In this document: piece by piece, positions 36,861 to 48,169 of the stretch
How positions within the stretch are numbered: the first letter of the stretch is position 1
How the letters are laid out: every line of letters starts with the position of its first letter
Assembly: GCF_004010195.1 (NCBI RefSeq)
Contig: NC_057718.1
Location: 84,079,731-84,127,899, forward strand
Length of the DNA: 48,169 nucleotides
Source of the DNA: Chiloscyllium plagiosum
Lineage: Eukaryota
Direction: 5' to 3'
Program-made: the position numbers and the translations under genes
The notes under the pieces: generated by a model
What the model saw: only the letters and a program-made list of their open reading frames with translations
The model's database searches: none
Told to the model about the DNA's origin: nothing

Positions 36861-37890
36861 ATTCCATCCTGTAGAATCTACCTGGGAATAGGCTGTTTTG
36901 GATCAATTTAAAACTCCGTTTGAGGGAGAACAACTTAAGCCTCAAACCAGTATCCTTAGCTTAAATAAAGTTGATGAGAATTATGAAGAAAGAATTACCT
37001 AAAGTATATTGTAAAAATAGACTAAAGGAAAGTCAGTGGATGAGCAGTAGCAAACATTTTAAGCAGATATTTCATAATGTTCAACAATAGTTCCTCCTGG
37101 TCAAAAAGAAGGACTTGATGAGAACAGTGAACCACCCATGGTTAACAAAAGTAGTCAAGAAGATTATCCAATAAAAAACTAAGGCTTACAAAGTAGCAAC
37201 ACTCGTGACAGGCCAGAGGATTAGGAATATTTTAGTAATCAGCAGAAGATAATTAAAGAGCTAAAAAAGATGCAGAAAATTGATTTTGAAAGTAAATTAG
37301 CAAGAAACATTTTTTAAAAAAAACAAAAGTTTTTACAGGTATGTGAAAATCAAGAGTAGCGAAAATAAGTTTGGGAACCTTGGAGGATGCAACTGGGCAA
37401 TTAATAATAGTGTACAGGGAAATGGCAGATAATTTAAACCATTATTTTGCACCAGTCTTCATGGTGGAGAGCACTACAAACATCCCAAAGATAGCAAGGG
37501 GCTAGTGAGAGGAATGACCTAGTAACAGTTTCTATTAAAAGGGGCAAAGTGTTTGACCAACTAATGGGACTGAAGGCAGACAAGTCACTAGGACCTGATG
37601 ATCTGCATCCAAGTGTTTTAAAGAAAGTGACCACAGAGATGGTGGAGGTATTGTTCAAAATATTCCAGGAGGATTCCAGTGCATTAGAAAACTGTGAATG
37701 TAACTCCCCTGTTCAAGAATGGAGGGATGCAGAAAGTGAGAGAACATAGGCCAGTTAGCCTAACTACTGTAATTGGGGAAAATGCTAGAGTCCATTAGGA
37801 AGGAAGAAAAAAAAATAGTACATTTAGAAAGGTTTAAACAAAGTGTTTTTTTTTTTGAAAGAAAATAGTGTTTGACAAATTTGCTAGAGT

Positions 37891-39670
37891 TATAGAGTCA
37901 TAGAGATGTACAGCATGGGAACAGACCCTACGGTCCAACCCTTCCATGCCGACCAGATATCCCAACCCAATCTAGTCCCACCTGCCAGCACCCGGCCCAT
38001 CTCCCTCCAAACCCTTCCTATTCATACACTGTTTTAAAAAATTCTCAAGGTCAGGTTCGTAGGAGAGTAGTCTGACACAGAACAAACGACCAAGAGGCGA
38101 GTCTGCTAGAATATGGGCATTTTATTCCCCGCAGCGTCGCCACAACCAGGTCTCATACAACGGGTCTGGCTTATACTCACTCTACATGTTACCGGAACTG
38201 GGAGCCGTCAGTTCTCGTAGAGCGGTTGCCAACAACCCACGCTCGGCGGTTAAACGTAACCCCGGAGCAGACTCACCGAACTGGAGACTTTTCCAGCTGA
38301 TATACTCTTTTCCAGATATAAACATTCATGTGAACAGCAGAGCAAGGCTAAAAAACACATTCCATTCTGGTTACATACAGATAAGAAGATTCACACGGGG
38401 AGGTGTGTAATAAGATTCACACGGGACTAAGCAACACCTCCATTCCGGTTAGATTCACACATGTATTGGGACATAATTTTTAACCGTTTCACCACATACA
38501 CCCATCCAAATGCCTCTTAAATGTTACAATTGTACCAGCCTCCACCACTTCCACTGCAGCTCATTCCATACACGTGAAAAAGTTGCCCCGTAGGTCTCTT
38601 TTATATCTTTCCCCTCTCACCTTAAACCTATTCCCTCTAGTTCTGGAATCCCCGATCCCAGGGAAAAGACTTTGTTATTTACCCTACCCATGTCCATCAT
38701 AATTATAAACCTCTATAAGGTCACACCTCAGCCTCCGATGCTCCAGGGAAAGCAGCCCCAGCCCGTTCAGCCTCTCCCTATAGCTCAAATCCTCCAACCC
38801 TGGCAACATCCTTGTAAATCTTTTCTGAACCCTTTCAAGTTTCACAACATCTTTCCGATAGGAAGGAGACCAGAATTGCAAGCAATATTCCAACAGTGGC
38901 CTAACGAATGTCCTATACAGCCGAACATGACCTCCCAACACCTGTACTCAATACTCTGACCAATAAAAAAGAGCATACCAAACGCCGCCTTCACTATCCT
39001 ATCTACCTGTGACTCCACTTTCAAGGAGCTATGAACCTGCACTCCAAGGTCTCTTTGTTGAGCAACACTCCCCAGGACCTTACCATGAAGTGTATAAGTC
39101 CTGCTAAGATTTGCTTTCCCAAAATGCAGCACCTCCCATTTATCTGAATTAAACTCGATCTGCCACTTCTCAGCCCATTGGCCCATCTGGTCAAGATCCT
39201 GTTGTAATCTGAGNNNNNNNNNNNNNNNNNNNNNNNNNNNNNNNNNNNNNNNNNNNNNNNNNNNNNNNNNNNNNNNNNNNNNNNNNNNNNNNNNNNNNNN
39301 NNNNNNNNNNNNNNNNNNNNNNNNNNNNNNNNNNNNNNNNNNNNNNNNNNNNNNNNNNNNNNNNNNNNNNNNNNNNNNNNNNNNNNNNNNNNNNNNNNNN
39401 NNNNNNNNNNNNNNNNNNNNNNNNNNNNNNNNNNNNNNNNNNNNNNNNNNNNNNNNNNNNNNCGTCGATTCTCCTGCTCCTTGGATGCTGCCTGACCTGC
39501 TGCGCTTTTCCAGCAACACATTTTTCAGCTCTGATCTCCAGCATCTGCAGTCCTCACTTTCTCCTAACCCTCTTCGCTGTCCACTACACCTCCAATTTTG
39601 GTGTCATCTGCAAACTTACTAACTGTACCTCTTATGCTTGCATCCAAATCTTTTATGTAAATGACAAAAA
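37891..39670 (-). mobile_element. Young CR1 3' portion, with an LTR insertion, assembly gap and Penelope end at 39463-39565
   Basis: Close to 31928-33125. CTATGACT tail at ~37891-37903. Confidence 0.9.
38030..38496 (-). mobile_element. Young solo LTR (ERV- or Gypsy-like)
   Basis: TG...CA termini. 5-bp TSD TACAC at 38025-29 and 38497-501. AATAAA on the minus strand at ~38121-38126. Internal AGATTCACAC repeats. CpG-rich. Confidence 0.85.
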
Positions 39671-39712
39671 AGAGGAAATTTTGATAAAGGTGAAATGGTT
39701 AGATCTGGTGTA

Positions 39713-40188
39713 CAGGTAGTTCTGGTATTATGCACATTTCAGCAGCGTGATTTGGCTATAATGTTGCTGAAGAATTAGGGAACAGTATTCTGGAGAAAAC
39801 TTATATCCATTGGCAATAGCGCAATTCCAGCGGGGATTAGTTCACATGCTTCGTCTGTGCATGCACCGATTTACACGCCAAAATCTCAGCGCCATTCTGC
39901 GCATGCGCCAATGTCAGCTGCTGACAGAGCAGCTTTCTATGAGAGGTACTATACAAAGAGCAGCTTTCTTACATTTTTTTAAATGTACTGTGTTAGATTT
40001 AATTTTTTTTATTAATAAATATGATTTCAGGCTGTGCTATACTTTGCGTTAGACTTTTGAGTGATTTTTGTGCAGTCATGAGTACGTTTTGATGGTGTGC
40101 TCCAACCCCACTTTTCCCATAGGCCCCATTATTTCTATTAAGCAAGGTTTCCCTGGTACACAACTATGGTTTGACAGGAGGGCTCCTG
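39713..40188. mobile_element. Tc1/mariner (Tigger/pogo-like) MITE
   Basis: TA|CAGG...CCTG|TA. Removing it restores the CR1 RT codons GTG TAT TTG GAT TTT (VYLDF). Confidence 0.75.
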
Positions 40189-41924
40189 TATTTGGATTTT
40201 CCGAAGGTATTCAATATGGTGCCATATAAAAAGCACCAGAGAGGAGCTCAGAGTTGTGGTGATAATATATTGGCATGGATTGAGAGTTGGTTAACACACA
40301 GACTAACTCAGAATTGGGATTAACGGTTTTTCAGTTTGGAGAGTTATAACTTGCGGACTGCACAAAGATCAGTTCTGGGTCCTCAGTTATTTATTTTCTA
40401 CATTAAGGACTTAGAGGAGTAGACAGATTGCAATGTATCAAAACTTACTTGTGACACAAAATTAAATGAGAAGTTGCGAGATGAGAACATAATTATATCC
40501 ACTTTACAGATTAATTAGATTAAGAGAGTGGGCAAAAATTTGGCAGATGGAGTTTTTGTAGACAAGTGTGAGGTCATGATGTTTAGAAGGAAAAATTAAA
40601 AGGCAGCCTACTACTTAAGCAAAGGTGGACTCCAAAAAAGTGGAGTGCAGCAAATTCTGGGAGTCTTGCACATGAAACACAAAAAGTTCGCATCCAGGTG
40701 CAGCAAGTAATTAAGGCAAATAGCATTTTGGCCTTTATTGTGAGGGAATTGCAGATTAAAACAGGGACGTTTTGTTAGTTGTGCATGGTGTTGCTGAGGC
40801 TTCATTGAAGTTTAGAAGAAATGAGGGGTGAAGATAGTGAAACATAAAAGATTCTGAAGGGGCTTGAAAGGGTAGATGTTGAGAACATTGTTTTACTAGT
40901 GGGAGAATCTTGAACTTGGGGATAGTTACAGATTAAGGGGGCATTCATTTAAAACTGAGATGCAAAGGAATTTGTTCCCCCAGAGGGTAGTGAATTCTAG
41001 AATTCTCTAGCCAGGAAAGTTGATGGCGATGGCGATGGTGAGTTGTCATGAAAGAAGTATAGAGACTAGGGACAGTTCAGCCATGATCTTGTTGAATGGT
41101 GGGGCAAGCTTGAAGAGCCAGTTAGCTCACTCCACCTATTTCTTTTGATCTTCTGACGCTCTTGAATTGTGTCTTGTTGATGGTGGGAAAACAAAGTTAC
41201 TTACTGCAGAATTCCCAGCCTCTGACCTACATTTTTTTTCTTGATTCAATTGTGGGACATGGCCATTCCTTCTGTGCCTCCGTTTATTGTCCATCTCTAG
41301 ATGTCTTTTGGTCAGCATAGACATGATGGGCCAAAGGGCCAGTTTCTATGCTGTATGACCCTATGACTCTAGATTTCCTTAGAAGGTGGAGATGAGTGCC
41401 TCCTTAAACTGCTGCAGTCCACGTGCTGTAGGTGGACCCACAATGCTGTTAAGTCATTGTCCCAATGATACTGAATGAATAGCAATATATTTCTGAATCA
41501 GGGTGGTGTGTCTTGGAGCGGAGCTTGGAGATGATCGTATTCCCATGTCTCTGTTTCCTTTGTCCTTCTAGATGATAGTAGTTGTCGGTTTAGAAGATGA
41601 ATGTAGCCATCTTTGGTGAATTTCTGCCGTGCATCTTTGAGATGATGTACACTGATGTTGCTGAGTCTCAGTGGAAGGATTGGATGTTTGTGGATGTGGT
41701 ATCAACCAAACTGGCTGCTTTTTCCTGGGTGATAGTCATACATTACGGGAAAAGACTCTTTGATCCAACTCATCTGTGATGATATCTAGCTTCTTAAGAT
41801 TCATTGGGGAGTATTCCATCACACTCCTGAGTTGTGCTTTGTAGATGGTGGTCAGCTCTGGGGAGTCGAAGTGAATTACTTGCTGCAGTATTACTAGCCT
41901 CTGACTTCTCATGTAGCAACTGTA

Positions 41925-42565
41925 TTCATAGAGATGTACAGCATGGAAACAGACCCTCAATTCAACTCATCCATGCCGACCAGATATCCTAACCTAATCT
42001 AATCCTTTTTGCCCATATCCCTGTAAACCATTCCCATTCTTATACCCATTCAGATGCCTTTTAAATGTAATTGTACTAGCTTTCTCCACTTCCTCTGACA
42101 GCTCATTCCATACACGTACCACCATCTGTGTGAAAACACTGCACCTTAGGTCCATTTCAAATTTTTCCCCCTCACACCCTAAATCTATGCCCTCTAGTTT
42201 TGGACCCCCCCCCCCCCCCATCCCAGGTAAAATACCTCGTCTATTTGTCTGATCCATGCCCTTCATGATTTTATAAACCTCTATAAGGTCACCCCTCAGC
42301 CTCTGACACTCCAAGGAAAAAATCCCCAGCCTATTCAGCCTCTCCCTGTAGCTCAAATCCTCCAACCCTGACAACATCCTTGTCAATCTTTTCTGAGCCC
42401 TTCTAAGTTTCACAACATCCTTCCAATGGGAAGGAGACCAAAATTGCACACCTCCCAACTCCTATTCTCAATACTCTAACCAATAAAGGAAAGCATACCA
42501 AATGCAACCTTCGCTATCCTATCTACCTGCGACTGCACTTACAAGGAACTGTGAGCCTGCACCCC
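41925..42565 (-). mobile_element. CR1 3' portion
   Basis: VQFWSP, RGDLIEVYKIM and VWNEL motifs. Confidence 0.88.
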
Positions 42566-42782
42566 CCAGATGATCATTGTCTGGCATTTATGTGGCATAA
42601 ATCTTACTTGCCTCTTATCAGTCTAATCTTGGATATTGTCCAGATCTTACTGCATTTGGGCAGGAACTGCTTCAGTATCTGAGGAGTTGCAAATGGTGCT
42701 GAACAGGAAGGTCATTGGAGCAGGTGAAGTGCTTGGGCTTAGGACACCACCCTGACGGGCTTCTGCAGCGAGTTGAGATGAC

Positions 42783-43195
42783 TGACAGGTAGCACAGTAA
42801 CTCTGGGGTTCGCACCACTGCTTCACAGCGACAGGGACCCGGATGACTAGATTGGGTTGGGATATCTGGTCGGCGTGGACGAGTTGGACTGAAGGGTCTG
42901 TTTCCATGCTGTACGACTGTATGACTGTCTGTGTGGGGTTTGAACATTCTCCTCATGTCTGCATGGGTTTCCGCTGGGTGCTCCAGCTTCCTCCCACAGT
43001 GCAAAGATGTGCAGGTTAGATGGATTAGCCATACTAAATTGTCCTGTAATATACAGGGATATGCAGGCTCAGTGGAATAGCAATGGCAAATGCAAGGTTA
43101 CAGGATTAAGGTGGGTTCTTGGCCTGGGTGTGATATATGGTGCACACCCAATGGGCCGTATGGCCTATTTCTGCATTGTTAGGGATTCTATGACC
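42783..43195 (+). mobile_element. HE1-like SINE with a CR1 tail (~42843-42925) inserted
   Basis: V-domain ctgtgtggggtttgaacattctcc. The inserted piece matches CR1 3' UTR copies in this window. Confidence 0.75.
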
Positions 43196-44054
43196 TCTAA
43201 CAACCACAACCATCTTTCTAAGTGTCAGATATAACTGCAACCATCACTGATTCCAGTTCTGCACGTGCTGCTTCATGGCTCGCTCAGTTAAATACAGCCT
43301 TGATATTAAGGACAATTGCCCTCACTTCCCCTCAGGATCTTTGCTCTGTTGTCCATGTTTGGTCCAAGGCTGTAATAGGTTAGGAGCTGAGTGACCCTGG
43401 CAGAACCCAAATTCAGTTTGTGAGCAGGTCATTGTTGAGTAAGTGCTTCTTAATAGCACTGTCAATGACATCACTTTGCTAATGATTTTGATTAGATTGA
43501 GTGAAAATTGGCCTTGTTGGATTTTCCATGTTTTTTATGGACACTGCATACTTAGACAATTTTCCACATCCCAGGTGGATTCCTGTGGTGTTACTACTTG
43601 AACTGTTTGTTTAGGGGCTGCAACTAGTTATGGAGCACATCCCTTCAGAACTGTTGTTAGAATTTTGTCAAGGCTCATAGCCTGGTGTACTTAGTAATCA
43701 ACTGGAGGTTTCTTTGCCTGACCTGATGACTGAGACTTAATGGGGTCTGGAGTACATGTGCAGGTTCCCAGAGCAATTTCATCTGCACTAAAAGGATGAC
43801 AGATTTTCTTTCCATAAAGGGCATTAGTTAACCAGATGAGTTCTCATTGCCTTCTTCTTTTGTGCTAGGTACAATTTCAAACAGCAGGAAATTTGACCTC
43901 TGATTCCCATCAACTTGAGATTTGCAAGGACTCCTTGATGTCACATTCAGTCACATGCTGCTTAGTGTTTTGTGTTTGATTGTACTTAACTTTTTTTATG
44001 TTTTCTTAATACTTGTTTCCTGTTTTACTTTTTTTCTCCTTCTCTATTCTGTAG

Positions 44055-44255
44055 AAGTGACAATTCTGAAGAGGAATGTGAGGTGAAGGAAGAGTATGAT
44101 GAACTGGATTACAGAGATGAAGATCAGTGCTGGTCCACGAAGGAAGAGGGTTTGGCAGTTGCTGAAAGTGTTCCCTTGGTGCATTATCCTGTTGAACAAC
44201 AAACCACTTTTGAGCAGTCTGAGATCTCTCCTTTTGCTGTGCGGAAGCTAACTAG
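44055..44255 (+). CDS. DHX57: DHX57 third coding exon (201 nt)
   Basis: Long pyrimidine tract plus tAG, donor AG|GTTTGT, phase 2-2. Acidic stretch, then 'ISPFAVRKLTR', matching DHX57 'VSPFAVQKLSR'. Confidence 0.92.
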
Positions 44256-45583
44256 GTTTGTTGGTTTAGATTTTTGTTGAATCCATGTTTAAATGTATTA
44301 GTCAGTTGCATTTTAAAGCTTCAGATCATTGATGTGAACAAGGAGCTCATTGCCAGTTAGAATTGTTGAACAAACACCATCTATGTATTTTAGGGTTAGC
44401 ATCCGAGAAGCTTAAGTATACGATAGAGAAACAAATAGGAAATATTGATTTAAGTAGAATGAAGTAATTAGTGAAAAGAGATGTATGTGGCACACACTAA
44501 TTCCAAGACAGAGACTTGAATGCCTCAGTGCTTTTGCAGGTAGTTATACAGATAGCTAGAATACATTCAACTCTTTTGAGACATGTATTTGGAACAAAGT
44601 TATTTTGCTAATATTTTAATCCTTTTTGTAATCTTAAGTATATCGTGCTTAGCAATTCTTCTGATTGAGAAGAATTAGTGGGAAAATGCAACACTATCAA
44701 GAAAAACATTAAAAATACAAAATATCTTCCAAGTTCAATTGAGTCTTTGTGTTCAGCCTGTGAAATCTTACCAAAATGGTTTGGTGAACTTTAGCTGGAC
44801 CAAGCCTAGAAGGTACACTTTAGACTGATTTTAGTAGCTTCAGTACATTCAGCTTAATCAGTACATTATATAAAAAAAAACAAAGCAGCATAAAAGGAGG
44901 CCATTTGGCTCACTGTGTTTTTGTTGACTATTTGAAAGAGCTACCAGTTAGTTCCAATCTTCTGCCCAGTACATTCAAGCTGGGGCCAAACCAATGATTT
45001 GAAATAGTTTTTAATAACCTCCTTCCTTTTGTGTTGTAGATCTCGGTTAATAAGGCTAAGAATCAGCATGTTTTTTTAATACAGATTTTGCAGTTTATCC
45101 TACCAGCTACAGTTCTATCTGTCCTTTAACCTCATTTAAAATTGTGTACCATGTAATCGTTCTTCCTGCCAAAAGATAAATTTTGTTTGCTCATTTCACC
45201 AGGCTGCTTATGTCCTCTTCAGTTTGCATTAGTCTGTCTTGAATCTAACCCTACATTGTCTTCACACTGGAAGACAAGGGGCTTATTGTTTGGCAAGTAG
45301 ATTGCTACTTTGCAGTTACTTGGAGATAGCTGAAGCTAAACGTAACTCACCAAAACCACCATCAGCTATTTTGAACCATAATCACATCATTGACCGTCAA
45401 GCCATTATTTCCCAGACTGTTCGCTGGAGGTCCTAGTCTACCGTGGTCTCCAACCTCATAGTACCCCAGTCCTACACAATCTGATTCTATCTCCATCCCA
45501 AGATGGATAAATTGGACATCCCTGGGGCAGCCATCATTTCTGTCCCTTGAAATTTCTTCCTAATGGTCTGCATTCTATTTTGT

Positions 45584-46017
45584 TGAAACTTTATTGCTGG
45601 AACAGCACAGCAGGTCAGGCAGCATCCAGGGAACAGGAGATTCGACGTTTCGGGCACAGGCCCTTCCTCAGGAATGAGCAGAGAGTGTTCAGCAGGAGAA
45701 GATAAAAGGTAGGGAGGAGGGACTTGGAGGAGGGGAGTTGGAAATGTGATAGGTGGAAAGAGGTCAAGGTGAGGGTGATAGGTCGGAGTAGGGTGGAGGA
45801 GGAGAGGTCAAGAAGAAGACTGCAGGTCAGGAAGGCGGTGCCGGGCTGGAAGGATCCGGCTGAGACAAGGTGGGGGGAGGGGGGATGAAGAAACTGGTGA
45901 AGTCCAAGTTCATCCCCTGCGGTTGGAGGGTTCCCAGTCGGAAGATAAGACGCTCCTCCTCCGACCGTCGGGTTGTTGTGGTTTGGCGGTGGATGAGTCC
46001 AATGACCTGCATATCCT
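45584..46017 (-). mobile_element. Young Penelope-like 3' fragment inserted in an older plus-strand Penelope remnant (~45320-47410)
   Basis: C-terminal 'EEERLIFRLGTLQPQGMN'. TSD TATTTTGT at 45576-83 and 46018-25. Hammerhead motif in the terminal repeat. Confidence 0.8.
45640..45675 (-). ncRNA. Minimal type-I hammerhead ribozyme motif of a Penelope terminal repeat
   Basis: AUUC CUGAGGA A GGGC-CUGU-GCCC GAAAC GUC GAAU: stem I, catalytic core, stem II and GUC site all intact. Confidence 0.75.
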
Positions 46018-47872
46018 TATTTTGTCCTTGTTTGTTCAATCTCTTTCAATATGCATGTGGGCTCTTCTGCTACCTGCTGTCAGTTAAAGTCCATCCAGTT
46101 TTCTGACTACTTGCTTCTCTATCTTGATGCCCAGTTGCTCCATCTTGAATCCCAAGCAGAACTGCCTGTATGTTATTTCTTCGCCTTGAATGAAGGCTCA
46201 AGCAGTCTTACCTTTTTGATATGGGAAGCAGTATAGGTCCTAGCTATGCCTACCTTTAAGTGAAATGCTTTTTGTCCCAGTCCTACAGGGGCCATGTCTC
46301 TCAATAGTATCTCTAGTGCATTGAATATTATGTTTGGACAGCTTCCTGCTGTTACCCCAAATAGGAAAGTTTCCTTAACTTTGTTTTTCTTTTCTCAACC
46401 TTCAGTACTGTTCCAATAAACCTCAATGCAAGCTTAAGAAACAGCACCTCTTCCTTTACTAGGGAATTTCACAGCTTTGTTGCATTTAATTGAGTGAATT
46501 CAGTGCTCATCATAACTGGAACCCTCACTCAATACCCCTCCATTGGCTCCCTCCTTGTTCTCACAAATATCACTTTGCCAACACATCTGATTTACAAAAG
46601 CCCACAAGCTTGTTGAAGTCATTTGTGCAATGCCTCATTTATTACTCCATTATGATATGTTCAGGCTCACCTTCCATCTCAGTGCCCGCATGGAAGAGTC
46701 TCTCCGAGAAAAAATTACCAGCAGATAGCTTTGAATCAAAGAATGGAAACGTGGAAAGTCGGTAGCCAATTTGTCGTGATAAACCCTGTATTGTCAGGTG
46801 ATAGTCTTTGAATGACTATGACTCAAGTGGTCCTTGTTAAACAGCTGCAGAACAAACCATGGCCCCTGTGCAACCTATATCCACTGCTGGGACCCCAGCA
46901 TAGCCATTTATGCACCTATTCGGAGACACTAACAGACTAGGAGTGGACTTATGATCCCAAATTCAGATAATGAGGTAGCAATCATTTGGCTCGGGATTTG
47001 CATTTGCTGTATAAGATTGAATCCAGCAACTTTAAATAATAACTACTGCTCTCATTTATCAGATACTGGCTCCAGGTAGTTGGTCTGTAATTACCACTGT
47101 CATCTCTCCTAAGCTGATTTTTTCTGTCTTTAATTTGGCCAAGTACCACCCACTTTCAAAACTTCATTTTCATTCCTTTTGTCATTTAATTCATCCTGCT
47201 CTCCATCCTGTCAAAAAAAAATCCCCTTTTTATTTGTTATTAACGTCATCTCCAGCTTTTTAACCCGACTCTGTTCTTGCTTACAAGCTATTAATTCTCT
47301 AACTTTCTTGTGTTCTGATGAAAGGTTGTTGACCTGAAAGGTTAACTGTTTCCAGCCCCGCACCTACTGTTTGACCTCTGCAGTATTTACAGCATTTGAT
47401 GTTTTGTTTGTTTTTCCTGAATCTGTGGTATTTTAATTTCACATTCTTCTTGAAATTTATTACAATCCTCTTCAATGTTTTACTAGATTGGAGTTTTATG
47501 TCATCTGCAAACCTGCCATGCTATTAAAATGCACAGTGAAAAGAGCAGCGGTCCTAATACCAGAAGACAGTATCATTTCAATCAGTCTGAAAAAGGTCTA
47601 TTTGTCACCAATCTCTGATTTCTGACTCATAGCCAAATTTGTGTCCATACTGAAACTGTCCCTTTTAATTAATAAAGTTAAACACCATTTGCTTTAACTG
47701 TCTTATTCAATGGTAAAGCAACCTCAAAGACCTGAATGGCTTACTCATGCTCCTAGTTCGACAATCATCTTATGAAAATCATGTGAACTTCCTTTTATTA
47801 TCCAAGCATAAATTGGTTTCACCCCCATATTATTGTCTCTTAAAGCTGACTGGCATCCAATGCAGGTTAACC

Positions 47873-48169
47873 ATTTCTAACTCGTATGTAGATTGTCTGA
47901 CCAGAGGGGAGGCCATATTGGATTTGGTACTCGGTAATGAACCGGGACAAGTGATGGGCTTGTTAGTGGGTGAATATTTTGGTGATGGTGACCACAATTC
48001 TGTGACTTTCACCTTGGTTATGGAGAGAGATAGGTGCGTGCAACAGGGTAGGTTTTAAAATTGGGGGAAGGGTAATTACGATGCTGTAAGACAGAACCTG
48101 AGGAGCATAAGTTGGGAGCATAGGATGTCGTGGAAATGTGGAACTTTTTCAAGGAACAGAAACGACGTG
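47873..48169 (+). mobile_element. CR1 ORF2 endonuclease-region fragment, runs off the window
   Basis: YVDCLTRGEAILDLVLGNEPG...GDHN motif. Confidence 0.85.

Larger units (their letters stand above)
36870..41140 (+). mobile_element. Old CR1 hosting nested insertions (young CR1, LTR, Penelope, MITE)
   Basis: KSLGPDDLHPSVLKK and LTNLLE motifs. Resumes at ~39672 with DLVY|LDF split by the MITE. Confidence 0.75.

Noticed and set aside
38842..39544. Long ORFs of 225, 166 and 117 aa
   Set aside because: Artefacts of reading through the N gap; the flanks are CR1 and Penelope sequence.
1..48169. Prokaryotic systems (CRISPR, operons, defence islands)
   Set aside because: The sequence is vertebrate intronic DNA. 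There are no repeat-spacer arrays or long intact non-TE ORFs.

Overview
Vertebrate genomic DNA, very likely from a shark. The inference rests on HE1/V-SINEs, CR1 (HER1-like) LINE tails and shark-type Penelope elements. Two spliced genes sit head-to-head around a CpG-rich promoter at ~23.9-24.3 kb. MORN2 is on the minus strand with four coding exons (23927-23933, 22490-22528, 20157-20210, 5660-5766); its remaining exons lie left of the window. DHX57 is on the plus strand with three coding exons (27083-27459, 31593-31748, 44055-44255) and continues right of the window. All splice phases join in frame. The introns are mostly nested transposable elements. These include a decayed full-length LTR retrotransposon with Gmr1-type order gag-PR-INT-RT-RH (9425-16603, ATAT TSD), a related solo LTR, a young ERV-like solo LTR, and Penelope elements carrying minimal hammerhead ribozyme motifs. 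There are also an old hAT transposase fossil, a TA-flanked MITE, a Tx1-like fragment and many CR1/SINE copies. Most ORFs in the supplied track are TE fragments or noise. All family assignments come from motif recognition, not database searches. I found no clearly new biological system; the best leads are listed under findings.
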